DNA of 64,000 nucleotides from Salpingoeca rosetta. Lineage: Eukaryota; Protista; Choanoflagellata. Location: positions 1,937,636-2,001,635 of the forward strand of contig JAWQFM010000004.1 of assembly GCA_033442325.1 (NCBI GenBank), read 5' to 3'. Below, piece after piece: positions 1 to 21,860 of the stretch. Positions within the stretch are counted from its first letter, which is position 1. Each line of letters starts with the position of its first letter. Below the pieces are notes generated by a model. The model was not told the DNA's origin. It searched no databases and saw nothing but the letters and a program-made list of their open reading frames with translations. The translations under genes and the position numbers were made by a program.

Positions 1-635
1 GACTAATTTACGTCAGCTTCCACTAGTCACTGCCGGATTCTTTTTTGCTTTTATAAAAGTAAGGTACAGTAAAGGTCAACCAATTTTCGACTTTTCACGT
101 CACCCTGATTGAAAGCCAAGCGAGGTCTGCTAGCTCCCTTGCGTCGTCTCTGTGTGATATTCCTTTACTCTACTCAAACGTAAATCGTGTGCGTGTTCCT
201 TGTGTACGATGCTTGCATGCTTATCATATTTTATTTAGACGACTCTGCCTCTTCGTCACTTCATCCTCGTATTATTTCATGATTTAACCAGCATGTTAGT
301 GTTGACTCTATTCATGGACAACAGCGGCCTCTCCGGGTCGCGTGCTCAGTCGGACTCGCAGTTCCGCGAGGTTCAGCATTCCTACGCTACCCGCATTCTA
401 CGGGTCATCTTTCACTCCTTTTTCTTCTCGCTCGGGTGTGTTCTGTCACAACACTTTTCTTGTCGCATACAGATCCAAAATACACTCACACACACACACT
501 CACACACACACACACACCACACACACATACACACACATTTACCTCAACCGCACGCAACCACTTAAACCAACCAACCAACCCCCCCCCCCCCCACACACAC
601 ACACACATACACACACACATATGCACAACATGCAG

Positions 636-896
636 TGGCCTCCGCTTGTGCACGACTTTGACGAGAAGGAGCGGCGAATGGCAGAGACGTTTGGGCTGTA
701 CTGGTCCAACATGGCGCGTTACGGCGATCCAAACCACAACCTGGGACCCGACCAGGCAACGTGGCCCGCATACACGCCCGCCTACCGCTCCTGGGCGTCC
801 ATGACAGTGCCTGTCGCCATCAACACCCAGCTGGAGAAGGCAAAGTGCGACTTTTGGCAGTCCAGATACACCAAGTACTACTTTGACGGCATGTGA
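636..896 (+). CDS. Last exon of a type-B carboxylesterase/cholinesterase-family gene (5' part outside the window or in poor-quality sequence)
   Basis: After acceptor tgcag at 631-635: ERRMAETFGLYWSNMARYGDPN...WPAY...KCDFW, the typical COesterase C-terminus (YWxNFAxxGDPN, WPxY, CxFW); TGA 894-896. Confidence 0.8.
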   Translation, partial: WPPLVHDFDEKERRMAETFGLYWSNMARYGDPNHNLGPDQATWPAYTPAYRSWASMTVPVAINTQLEKAKCDFWQSRYTKYYFDGM

Positions 897-1473
897 TGCT
901 GTGTGATGTGATGGTTGTGTGGTGACTCTTCTTCTGAACTTGCACCTGTTTGCTTGCTCGTGAGCGTGTCCCCTCAATGTGTTGTTGTGTGTTGCGCCAG
1001 CACAGTGTGATATTTCTTTGCTTCGTCCATGCCTGCCTCCCTCTCCTGCTTCCATCGCTTGTCCCATGCGTTGCCCTTTCGTTAGCTCTGATGAACGCCG
1101 TTAATGACAACCACACAACTCGTCAGCTTTGTTTCTCCCCTGCTTGTCGACCATTGAAACTCATGTGAGGACCATCATCCTGCCACAGCTGTTGTTGACT
1201 GAAGTACCATCACTGTTTTCTTCATGTGGCAAACAAACTGAAACCAGAAAAAGCCCAAGAGGAAGTTGAGGCAAGAGAAGAGGAACAAAGGACAACAAAA
1301 AAGCACACGCACACACAGCACACTAAACACTCGTTCAGAGAAGACCAAACACACACACAGACACACAAACCACAGCACATAAAAGCAACGACAAACGAGA
1401 AAGAAGTTGTAGGGCGGGCGGGACAACAATCGCTTCATCATGACATGACCACCCTCGCTTTCACTGCACCTCT

Positions 1474-4400
1474 TCACTTCTTGCCCTTTGGTTGAGCACG
1501 CACGTAGGGCTGACCGCCGTGACGCTTCCACTCCTCCTCAAACTCGCGGGCAAGAATCTCGGCGCCGCGCTTGCGGGTGAGGCCCGTCTCGTCCAGGCTC
1601 AGCTCGCACATCTCCATGTCATCCTTGCCGGCAACGAGGAGCACGGGCGACTGGTCCGGGTGCAGCTCCATCTGCCGCGCAATCCACTGGCCGTCAAAGT
1701 GCGCAAACCACCAGCCCTTCTTGCGGTAGCCCTGCTTCTTGTCGCCGGGGCGGATAAACGGGATGCGGAAGTAGCGCTGCGGGCGCTCGTTCTTGGACTT
1801 CTTCTTCTTGGGCGGCGCGGGGGCGGCGCCACGCTGCTCGGCGGCACCACGGAGACCGGCCGGGGTGCGCGACGGCTGCTTCTGGTTCTTCTTCATGTTC
1901 TTCATCTTCCACGCGTGGTAAACCTTGAGGCGGCGGTGGAACTCCTCGCGGCACGCCTCCAGCAGGTCAATGTCGCACGACGTGTTGATGGTGTCGCGCA
2001 GGTCGGCGTACTTCCACTTGGACAGGTCGTGCTTCTTGTGCAGGGCCTCCTGCTTCTTGTTGGCAAAGGTGGTGGCGCGGGTGAGCTGCTTGCGCTTGAC
2101 GGCGGGGCCCTTGGCAATGGCGTCCTTGGTCTCGTCCGTGAGGGCGGCGTCTGGGTTGGCCTGGTCCTGGGCGAGGCGCATGGCCAGCTCCTGGTCGCGG
2201 CGCTCCTGCTCCAGGCGCTGAGCCTCCTCGTGCTCGCGCTTGCGCTCCTCGGCGCGCTTCGCCTGCAGCTTCTTATTGGCCTCCTCCTTCTCCTTCTCGA
2301 TGCGCATCTTCTCCATGCGCTTGGCCTCCTCCTCGGCCTCCTTCCTGGCCTGCAGCTCCATCTCCTTCTGTCGCTGGGCCTCCTCCTCGACCTCCTTGCG
2401 GCGGCGCTCGGCCTCCTCCTTCTCCTTGCGCTGGCGCTCCATCTCCTCCGCCAGCTTCTTCAGGCGCTCCGCCTCCGCGGCGAGCTTCTGCTTCTCCTGC
2501 TCCTTCTTGATGCTGGCCAGCTGCTTGTCCATCTTGGTCTGCATGGTGGCCGCCATCTTCTCAATCTGCTCGCGCGTGATGGTCTCGTCCGCCTTGACCT
2601 TGACAATGTCAGACTCGAGCGCGTCGCGAACCTCGGCCACCAGCTTCTGGTACTTCTCCTTGTTCTTGGCCAGCTTGTCCACCGTCTCGTTCATGACGTC
2701 GAGCTGGCTGCGCAGGGTGTTGAGCTGCTTCACGCCCTCGTAGCGCGGCTTGTGGCGGGAGCGGGCCAGGAACATGAGGATGGTCTTCTGCATGGTGACG
2801 GCGGCGCCGGCGCGGGCGCGGATCTTGGCCGCAAACTTGAGGCAGGACACGGTGGCCCAGGCAATCTTCTTCCAGCGCTGCTTGATGAGCCACTCCATGA
2901 CCTTGCTGACGAGGTTGGCCAGGTTCTCCGGGTCGGCGCGCATGATGGTGTCAAACTCGGCAAACTTGCCCGGGCGGAAGAAGACCTTGGACACGCCAAA
3001 CTGGAAGTCGTCCTCGCTGAGGCCGAGGGCCTTGAAGAGGGCCTTGGCGAAGGTGCGCGGGTCGAGCTGGGCCAGGGCGGGCGGGAGCACGGACTTGTAC
3101 ATGTCGTAGAGGTCCTGGAAGGCGGTACGGGAGGGGAAGCCGCCCTGCATGAGGTCGAGGACGGAGACCATACCGGCGCACTGGAGCTGGGAGAGAATGT
3201 CGCCGCCGCTGAAGAGCTTGGGCTGCATCTTCTGGTTGGGCTTGATGCAGCGGATGAAGGAGGAGCGGGTGGAGTGCAGCTTGTCCATGAGCTGGCCCAG
3301 GGCGACCTTGAACTTGTTGCCGAGGGAGATGAGGGTGATCTTGCCCTGCTTGGGCACGGGCTCGCCCTCCCTGGGGACGAAGAGCTGCTTGGTGAACTCG
3401 TCCTTGGACGAGTCCATGAGGGAGAAGAGGTCGTAGGTGAGGGCGTCGTTGTTCTTGTCGATGAAGCCGTCCGTCTGGTAGCACACGGCGCCGGCAAAGT
3501 GGCGGATGATGAAGCCCTCCGAGTCGCGCAGCTTCTTGTAGTAGGCCATCTTGGACTTGCGCGGGAGCTGCAGGCGGAAGTGGTTCTTGTGCTTGGCGTG
3601 GAGCTTCTCGGTGAAGTTGCCGTCGGTGGCCTTGGGCAGCTTGGACTCCTCGTCGAGCATGGAGAGGATGCCCTCGGGCTTGAGCTCAATGAGGTCGATG
3701 CAGTCCTGGTTGTCGACGTACTCGACCTCCTTGAACTTGATGCTCTCCTTGACGTAGAGCTCCTGCTCGTCCTTGAGGACGCGCTCGTTGAAGAACTGCT
3801 GCAGCTTCTCGTTGCAGTAGTTGATGCAAAACTGCTCAAACGAGTTGACCTCAAAGTACTCAAAGCCGGCAATGTCCAGCACGCCGATGAAGCTCTCGGA
3901 CTTGTCAAAGGGGAAGCACTTGTTGATGCGGGTGACAATCCAGTCGAAGAGCTTGGAGTAGAGGGCCTTGGCCAGGGCGTCGCGGCCGTACGAGGCCTCG
4001 GCAACGGGCTTGCCCTTCTTGGAGGGGCCCGAGCCGGGGATGTTGATGGTGTTGTAGCAGAGGGCGTCGTTGAGGGCGTCCTTCTCCAGGCCGAGCACCT
4101 TGGCCACGCCCTCGAGCGAGCCCATGGTGTCGCCGCTGACGCTGGAGCCGTCGCCGCTCTCCTCAAAGCCAACGTTGCCAATGTGCAGGACGGCGGCGGA
4201 GATGCGGAAGACGTCGGCCTTCTCCTTGGCGTCGAGGCCGCAGTCGTTCATGGACTTCTCCATGACGGCAAAGTCCTTGACGTCGTCGAGGAACTGGATG
4301 TCGCCCGTGATGCCCTTCTTGAGGTAGGCAAAGGAGGCCACGTCGCCGAGGTTGAGCGCCTGCTTCATCGAGTCTGGGGCGCCCTTGCACATGCGGTAGA

Positions 4401-5280
4401 AGACGTGGTAGTTGCGCTCCTTGTCCGACTGGTCGATGATGCGGCTCTTCTCCAGCAGGTAGTGCTCAATGTGGGCGCCGGAGACGAGGTAGTTGCGGTT
4501 GAAGTGCAGCTCAACAAACTTGCCAAAGCGGGACGAGTTGTTGTTGCGGGTGGTCTTGGCGTTCCCAAAGGACTCGAGGAAGGGGTTGGCGGCAAGGATG
4601 CGGCTCTCCAGGTTCTCGACGGCGCCACCGCCACCGTACGACTCCGTCAGGTAGCGCAGCAGATGCTTGGTGGACTCGGTCTTACCGGCACCAGACTCGC
4701 CAGACACAACAATGCCCTGGCTCAGCTGCAGGTTGCGCATGTCACGGTACGCCTTATCGGCTGTGTGTGTGGGGGGGGGGGGTGGGGAGGAAGTTGATGT
4801 GAGTCATGGGTGTGTTTTTGTTTTTGGGGGGGGGGGGTCTGGGCACAAAACATGTCACACGTTGGAAATACCAACACGCATGCGCGTGCTTGCATGCGCA
4901 AACACAAGCGCACACGTGAAACAAACACGCAAACAAACATGCACACACACGCAAACATGCACACACACGCAAACAAACATGCACACACACAGGCATACAC
5001 ACAAGCACGTGCATGCGCTGCAACTCACCAATGGCGTAAACGTGGGGCGGCAGGACACCGAGGGAGACACCGCGGTACTTGGCAATGTTCTCCGAGGAGT
5101 AGATGTCGAGCGTGTGGTATGGGTTGATGGCCAGGAGAATGTTGGCCGTGTAGGTGTAGATCTTGTCGTTCATGAAACGACGGCGAAGGTTGTGCAGGAG
5201 GGTGGCCTCGTTCAGGTACATGAGGGCGCCTGCGGTGCGTATGTGTGTGTGTGTGTGTGAGAGAGTGTTGTTTGTGTGTG

Positions 5281-5344
<64 letters not shown>

Positions 5345-5682
5345 TTTGTGTGAGTGTGCGCGCGCTGTTGGTTGTCTTCTCTCAAGCGGGCCACAACCAA
5401 CATCCGGACACGGCGCCAAAGACGCACGTATCACAACCACACCACGGACGCTACGCACACAGCAGCATACGTCTTCGACTTTCATGTGTGCAACTCACAG
5501 TTGTCATCCTGGTCCTTGGCGCCGTCTTCCTCGGCAGGGTAGACGGCATCGTAAGGGGCCTCGATGATCTTTCCACCATCTGCGGGCTGCACGGAGAGAG
5601 TGTCGGTGCCAAAGTCGACAATCTCGCCGAGGATGAACCCCTCCTGAATGTGGGGGGCCCACACTTTCTTGCCGTGATCCAT
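1474..5682 (-). CDS. MYO6: Unconventional myosin VI; join(5682..5499,5229..5029,4760..1474), 1223 aa
   Basis: GESGAGKT P-loop, [15 protein letters not shown]; insert-2 RWKKIAW..CLKF; charged single-alpha-helix segment; MIU-like [16 protein letters not shown]; [14 protein letters not shown] and [16 protein letters not shown] cargo-binding domain; GT-AG sites keep frame (3672 nt). Confidence 0.97.
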
Positions 5683-6090
5683 GGCGAAAACGCAAGGGCG
5701 TCTGCGTTGCGTGTGTGTGTGTGTGTGTGTGTGTGCGTATTTGTGTGTGTGTGTGTGAGTGTGTGAATGTGTGTGTGGGGGGAGTGGATGAGGGCACAAT
5801 GAGCGGTTGCTGAAATACAAACACAACAAACAGCGCTGTGCGTAGTGCTTTGGCTGTGGGTGTTGTTGGTGTCTGTGTCAATGTGTGTGTTGTAGGCTAG
5901 CGTTGCTTGCGGCTTTGTGTCCAGCCCTCTTCATCCACCCATCCACCCACCCACCAACACAAACAAACAAACACCCAACAGCTGCTGCGGCTGCGACTGC
6001 GGCTGCTTCTGCTGTGAAGGTTTTCCCACGAATGCTATGTGCTGATGTGTACGTGTGTGTTTGTGTTTGTGCGTGTGGCTGCTTCGTTGG

Positions 6091-6121
<31 letters not shown>

Positions 6122-6279
6122 GTGAGCACAGCTGCAGCAACAACTGCGGCGACAACCACACCGACAGCACCGCTGCTTGCGTTGCTGTGACCGTGTTCCC
6201 AGGACCTGCCTCGTTGCTGGTTGGCTGGTTGGTTGCTGGTTGCTGTGGTTGCTGTTCAACGCGTCGTTCCTTGCTTCCC

Positions 6280-7750
6280 TTCCCTTCACACCCGCTTCCC
6301 TTCACACCCGCTTCCCTTCACCGCCCTTCACCACCACCACGACCAGACCAGACCACACACCGACAACCAAACCCAAACAACGCGCCACCACCACCACACC
6401 ACACACACACCACCAGCAACAGCAGCAGCAACCGCACCACCGCACACTCACCGAGGGGTGTGTCGGTGGAGTCGCCAAGCAGGAAGGAACACACAAGACG
6501 GAGAGGAGAGTGCGTTTGTGTGTGAAGTGACGCGAGAGAGAGTAAACCAGCTCACCCCCGGCACACAAACCAAAACTGTTGTGCCAACACAGACCAACCA
6601 AACAAACAATAAAAAAAAAAATTCTTGTCTGTTATTCTGGGCCTTTGTGTGGTTCGTTCAGTGTGCGCACCCCGCCCCTCCTGAGCTGGCGAATCGTAGC
6701 GCTCAATGTCGTATCCACCGTGGCTTTCTGGATGCTTTCGAGATTTGTGGCGACTGCGCCAGGTATATTTTGCTGAAAGAAAACTGGGAAAGACGTGTCA
6801 TCGCACTTTATGTGGTGTCGGGATGACCGGTGGCGGCGGCGGCAACAGGAGCCGCGATGGTGGCGGGCACAACAACAGCAGCCGTGACAGTGGCGGTGGC
6901 GTTCACAACAGCAGCAGCAGCAGCAGCACCAACAACAGCAGCAACAGCAGTGGTGGCAGCACGGCCAGGGCGGCGGCAGCGGCGACGGGGACGCACCGAG
7001 CACGAGGTGGGAAGGGTGGTGATGTGACCTTTACTCTTGACTGTTCCCTTCACACCCGCTTCCCTTCACACCCGCTTCCCTTCACCGCCCTTCACCACCA
7101 CCACGACCAGACCAGACCACACACCGACAACCAAACCCAAACAACGCGCCACCACCACCACACCACACACACACCACCAGCAACAGCAGCAGCAACCGCA
7201 CCACCGCACACTCACCGAGGGGTGTGTCGGTGGAGTCGCCAAGCAGGAAGGAACACACAAGACGGAGAGGAGAGTGCGTTTGTGTGTGAAGTGACGCGAG
7301 AGAGAGTAAACCAGCTCACCCCCGGCACACAAACCAAAACTGTTGTGCCAACACAGACCAACCAAACAAACAATAAAAAAAAAAATTCTTGTCTGTTATT
7401 CTGGGCCTTTGTGTGGTTCGTTCAGTGTGCGCACCCCGCCCCTCCTGAGCTGGCGAATCGTAGCGCTCAATGTCGTATCCACCGTGGCTTTCTGGATGCT
7501 TTCGAGATTTGTGGCGACTGCGCCAGGTATATTTTGCTGAAAGAAAACTGGGAAAGACGTGTCATCGCACTTTATGTGGTGTCGGGATGACCGGTGGCGG
7601 CGGCGGCAACAAGAGCCGCGATGGCGTTCACAACAGCAACAGCAGCAGCAGCACCAACAACAGCAGCAGCAGCAGCAGTGGTGGCAGCACGGCCAGGGCG
7701 GCGGCAGCGGCAAAGGGGACGCACCGAGCACGAGGTGGGAAGGGTGGTGA
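6280..7750 (+). repeat. Tandem duplication: 6280-7022 and 7044-7750 (offset 764 nt, 21 nt unique spacer)
   Basis: Identical ORF translations at 6302/7066 and 6579/7343; copies differ mainly in the CAG/GGC-rich 3' part. Confidence 0.95.
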
Positions 7751-8642
7751 GCCCAAGCAACGAAACCTGCGCGTGACGCACACGCGATCTCGGCCGTCAA
7801 CAGCTGCGCGTCAACAGCACAACGTGCTGAGCATCATTGGCGCGTGCGTGTTCACGCTGCTGCTCATCATCTACCTGGCAAACACACAGCGGCTGCGCGA
7901 CATCGGGCCAGACACGCAGCGCGTGCCCGTTGTCGCAGCAGCAGCAGCAGCAGCCGCGACAGCATCCCTGTCACACAACCAACCACGCTCCGTTGACCCA
8001 GCCAGCTCCCAGTACACAACACATAATAAGCAACCCCGGCGCACAAACACCACCACCTTTAAGCAACAGCAACAACAACAGCAACAGCAACAGCGCCGAA
8101 TACGGCATCGTCGTGGCAGCGAGCCCATGCAGACCAGCACCAGCTTACCCACCACCGCCGACGAGCCAGCTGCTGCTGCTTGAGTGTGTGTGTGGGGGGG
8201 TGTGTGTGTACGCGTTTGTGTCTGTGCGTATGTGTGTGATATGATGTGCGTGTATGTGTGTGTGTGCTTCTGTCATGACCTTTGCCTCGTGTTGAGACAC
8301 ACTTGCAGGCTGTGTGTGTGTATGTATGTTTGTTTGCTGTGGTGCTCGCTGTTTCTGACCCTGTGCATCCTCTTCCCTCTCGAGCACACTTTGGCTTCAT
8401 CTGACATGTGCACAGCTCCAGCAGCGCTTCCTCCGCTGAGCAGTTGTTCGCTTGTACACTTGCTTTCTCGTCTTTCTTCGGCTTTCTTGGCTTTCCTGCC
8501 TTTCTTTGATCGACCCCCTTGAACCTCTAGGCAACCCACGCGCAAGCATCTTGTTTGAACAGCTCGGCTGTGCGTCCCGCATATGTTTATTGCTTTGGCG
8601 GGCGAATGACCGTGTAAATAAACATGGACATCAACGAGGCTG
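7588..8642 (+). pseudogene. Possible type II membrane protein gene remnant (single TM, low-complexity stalk, kelch-like fragment)
   Basis: MTGGGG... ORF with hydrophobic VLSIIGACVFTLLLIIYLA ends at TGA 8183; downstream exon-like piece reads ATHAQASCLNSSAVRPAYVYCFGGR then a stop. Confidence 0.35.
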
Positions 8643-8843
8643 GTATGGTGGGAGAACGCGTGAAGGTGAGGGGAGGGAGCACTCCGCGCACACACTCACT
8701 CAGTGACTGACGCACACACACAATCACACACACACTCACTCACACACACGCACACACACACACACACACTCACTCACTCACTCACTCACTCACTCACTCA
8801 CTCACTCACTCACTCACTCACTCACTCACTCACTCACTCACTG

Positions 8844-8919
<76 letters not shown>

Positions 8920-8926
8920 GCGCGCG

Positions 8927-9748
8927 TCATGCTCGGAAGATGCCACACCAGGCCAGAGGTGGCTGGGACAAGGAGGCATAAGTGGGCGTCATATCAAACC
9001 GCGACGGCTGCACAGAGACCTGCTCAAAGTCTGCAAACGCACGACAGAGCTCCTCCCGTGTCAGCACAGAGGGCCCAACTTCAGGCTCATCCGCGTTGCC
9101 CGTCAGTGTGAACATGTACCCGCCCGGGCGAAGCAGGCGCTTGTACACCGCAACGATGCCTCGCTCATCAATCTGCCGCAGCACGTGAAACGTCTGGCAG
9201 TCATACACCAGGTCGTAGCTGTGGGGTGTCACAGCAGCGTCGCCAGTCGCCTCCTCCTGTTGTGGTTGCTGCTGTTGCTGCTGTTGTTGTTCGTACTCGC
9301 TGTCGGTGTGGGCTTCAGCAGCCCACGGTAGCTGAAATGCGTCTGCAACCAGGAACGTGCAGCAGTCGCTGACACCCGCGTGCTCCGCACGCTCCTTGGC
9401 TGCTGCAACTGCGTCTGCAACCAGGTCCACTCCAGTCACCACAAACCCTTGCTGCGCCAGGTACACACACGACGCCCCCGTGCCGCACCCAATCTCAATG
9501 GCGCGCGGTCGGCGTCTCGCAGCCGTAGCTGCTCCGTCGCTGCTGCTGCTTGCGGTAGGCGCCTGCTCGCCTGTTGTTTCCGTCGTTGTTGCTGCTGTTG
9601 CCGCTGTTGCTGCTGTTGCTGCTTCCCATGCCGGCAGGAACGTGTTCTCCACAAACTCCACGAGCTGCGACGCCGGCTTCCCGCTGTCCCAGGGCAGGAA
9701 GCCTTTGTCATAGTAGCGGTGCCACTTCCCTGTCGCTTCCTCGCTCAT
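8927..9748 (-). CDS. Intronless class I SAM-dependent methyltransferase (TPMT/thiol-halide methyltransferase-like)
   Basis: WHRYYDKGFLPWDSGKP, motif I AIEIGCGTG, VTGVDL, YDLVYDCQTFH, LLRPGG. Confidence 0.88.
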   Translation of the reverse strand: MSEEATGKWHRYYDKGFLPWDSGKPASQLVEFVENTFLPAWEAATAATAATAATTTETTGEQAPTASSSSDGAATAARRRPRAIEIGCGTGASCVYLAQQGFVVTGVDLVADAVAAAKERAEHAGVSDCCTFLVADAFQLPWAAEAHTDSEYEQQQQQQQQPQQEEATGDAAVTPHSYDLVYDCQTFHVLRQIDERGIVAVYKRLLRPGGYMFTLTGNADEPEVGPSVLTREELCRAFADFEQVSVQPSRFDMTPTYASLSQPPLAWCGIFRA

Positions 9749-10130
9749 GTTTGTTGTTTCTGCTGTTTGTTGTGTTTGTTCAATGAATGAACGACGTGTG
9801 TGACATGATTTGATTTGACACATGACAAACAAAAGAAGGCGGCACAGTTGAGATGTGACATGATGTGAGACAGCAATGATGGTTGCGCGGGTTGTTTTAC
9901 TATGGAATCAGGGGCAAGGAACTGGCGAGCTAGCCATGAAGGGGAGTGAACACAGTCACGTATGTACACGTGGTAAATGTTGGCAGCCCAACGACACAGC
10001 GGCTATGGACATGAGATGAGGCTATCGATGCCATGATGGTCATTCGTGACGGTAACTGCACGAAGTACGAGCGCCACGAAATGTGTGTGGCGGGCAGGTG
10101 GATGAAACACGGTTCAAGGGGTTCCAGGGT

Positions 10131-14343
<4,213 letters not shown>

Positions 14344-15192
14344 GGTTGCAGAGTTGAGGATATTGAGTCGAATGGTGGTGGGTGGGCTTGTGGAGGGAAG
14401 CGATAGCGTGGAATGGATTTGTTGTGCTTTGTTGTGGAGGACGTTGCACTTAATGAAAATCAGGCACATCTTCACATGAATTTCTCGGTCATTGTGTGTC
14501 CGCGAAGCAAAGAGGCGCGCGAGCAGGCGAGCAAGCTTCAGCGCTCTCTTTGTGCTTTGCGTGCACTGCGTGTTCACCCCTCATGCCTGCAGGCCTGCTT
14601 GTGGTTTGCTGACAAAGGCACGGGGAACGAACAAGAACAAGGGTGAGACAAGGAGGGTGAGGAGAATGAAGACTTGCCATTTCGTACTTTTCTTTTGTCC
14701 GATTTGATTTGCTCCGTTCTTTTTCCTGTGCGTCATCGTGCAAAACAACAGTGCCAGCTCGAGGACGCTGTAGGGAGTATAACAAAGCAGCTGACTGTGG
14801 CGTTGGGTGCGGAAGAAGGAAAGAAGGAAGGAAAGTGTAAAGCTGCTGGTGAAGGGTTAGCGAAACACAGACATTAAGCCTTTGGAACAATTCTGAAGGT
14901 ACATATCTTCTCCCTGTGTACTCCTTCGCTGTTGCCACTTCCGAGAGCCACAGCATGTTCATCACGGCTTCTCCGACAGCTGCTGCAGAGGCTGATGATG
15001 TGCGACCATAGAGAGGAGCAAGAGGCGAACAGGGAGAACGAACAAGTTGAAGGAAGCTGATGTGAGGAAACACACATTCAAATCTCCCGCCATGAATGTA
15101 CGAAAATTGAGGCAAATCATTCACCATATTTCAGAAACCGCCGTCGCCAAACAACAACGATGAGGTTGTTGGCGTGTGTGTGTGTCGTGTGT

Positions 15193-15241
<49 letters not shown>

Positions 15242-15385
15242 TGTGTCTGTGTGTGTGTTGTGTGTGTGTGTGTCTGTGTGTGTGTGTGTCTGTGTGTGTG
15301 TGTGTGGATGCGACCTCCCACAGCCTTCCCCTCACAACATCGCGCCTCGTGTTTTGACCACCGTTACATTACTCCACGCAGCGGG

Positions 15386-20126
<4,741 letters not shown>

Positions 20127-20130
<4 letters not shown>

Positions 20131-20855
20131 CTGTCTTGCTCGCCCTCGGTGCCCTCAACCATTCTTTTCAGCTCATTGTTTTTCTCCCATCAGCTGTTCT
20201 AGGCCAGGAGAGAAGAGGAGGCGGAGATGAGCCATGTGTAAGTTGAGCCGAGCAGGAAAGGAAGGGGGGGGGACGAGAGTTGACGACAAACATGCTCAAG
20301 CACGAGTGCATGGACAGAGACACAGAGAGGCAAAGAAACAGAGATACAGAGAGACACACCCACACACAGACACAGAGAGACGTCCACACACATCCTCCCC
20401 CACCCACATAAACACACCTCCTCGACGCGCGCCTTGAGCTCCTCGTTTTCCTTCTTGAGCGCCTCAATGTCTGATGCGCCGTCGATGCTGGCGGCGAGGT
20501 GCTGCTGGATAAACTCGAGCGGGTTCTCCGGCTTTTCGCTCTCCTCATACAGACCAATGAGCACTGTAGGTGATGCAGTGGAGAGGTGGTGAGGTGGGTG
20601 CGTGGGGAGGGGTGTTGCGGTAGTGTGTGGTGGAGGGGTGGTGAATGCAAGATCGCAACAGCTGAACCGACACATACACACACAACAAACACCAACAAAC
20701 AGCTGAACCGACACATACACACACAACAAACACCAACAAACACAGCCAGCCACACACAGACACACACGCGTACCCTTTGTGATGGAGTCAATCACGCCGC
20801 TGGACTCGAGGTAGTTGCGGTACTCCTCCTTCTTGCCGTCAATCGTCTCTGCCAT
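20127..20855 (-). CDS. MYCBP: c-Myc-binding protein AMY-1/FAP174 homolog, 3 exons (last exon frame ambiguous)
   Basis: MAETIDGKKEEYRNYLESSGVIDSITK/VLIGLYEESEKPENPLEFIQQHL...IEALKKENEELK matches the MYCBP consensus. Confidence 0.9.
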
Positions 20856-21066
20856 GGCTGCTGCTTGAGTGGTGTGTGGTGCTGTTTAGCTGCTTGCTTG
20901 CTTGTTGTCAACGTTGAGTGCTTTTGTGGTTTGGTTTGTATCGAAGGCTTGTTTCTATGCCGTTGTGCTATTTGTAGTATGCCACCTCCCACAACACACA
21001 AACCACACACGACAACCAACCAACGTTCAACAACACGACAAGCAAGCAAGCGAGCAAGCAAGCACA

Positions 21067-21806
21067 ATGTCCAGCAAGGCGGCGAGCAGCAGCAGCAGCA
21101 GCAGCAGTGGCGGTGATGGCGCCCAGGACCAGCTCAACGGGATCCGCCGAGCGCCGTTCATCGAGGACGTGGAGGCCGTGATGAAGAAGGAGCAGTTTGG
21201 AAAGACAGCGGAGGAGGCGCTTCGTGTGCTGGACCACATGTACAGCCGCTACAAGATGATCGAGGCCACCCTCGAAAGCCAGCGGCAAAAGTGCGTGTGT
21301 GGTGGTGGTGGGGGGGGGGGGAAGGGAGGATGTGTGTGTGTGTCATTGTGCGTGTGTGTGTGAACACGTGTGTTTGTGTGTGTCATTGTGTGTGTAAATG
21401 TGTGCGCGCGTGTGTAGTGTACACTCATCTTCTTGGTGTCACATTGCATGCACCGTCTTTTCCCGTTGTAAAGGCTGGAGGCACGTCTTCCCGATCTCAA
21501 GTCGACGCTCGCGGCCGTATCACACGTCGAGAAGGCCAACGTACGTGTGTTGTGTCGCGGGTATTGTTTGAAATGCTGTTGTGTTGTGGACTGTTTGTTC
21601 ATCATCGTGCTTACGCTTGTGTGCTTTCATGGATTGCAGGACGGTGGGGAGGAGCTCAAGACGACGTTCTCCTTGACCGACAACGCTCACGTCGGCGCCA
21701 AGATTACAGACACCTCCAAAGTCTGCCTCTGGCTCGGGGTACGTATACAGGGGAGAGGTGGGATTCGAATGTGTGGTGCGGATGCGTATGTGTGTGGTGC
21801 GGATGC

Positions 21807-21860
<54 letters not shown>

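Noticed and set aside
1-480. AT-richer atypical sequence at the window start
   Set aside because: No ORF or structure recognised; resembles low-quality contig-end sequence
1492-4797. 1101 aa plus-strand ORF
   Set aside because: Antisense shadow of myosin VI caused by strong GC3 codon bias; no motifs
8703-8926. HTHT/CVCV/SLTH ORFs here and throughout the window
   Set aside because: Translations of (CA)n and (CACT)n microsatellites in introns and intergenic DNA
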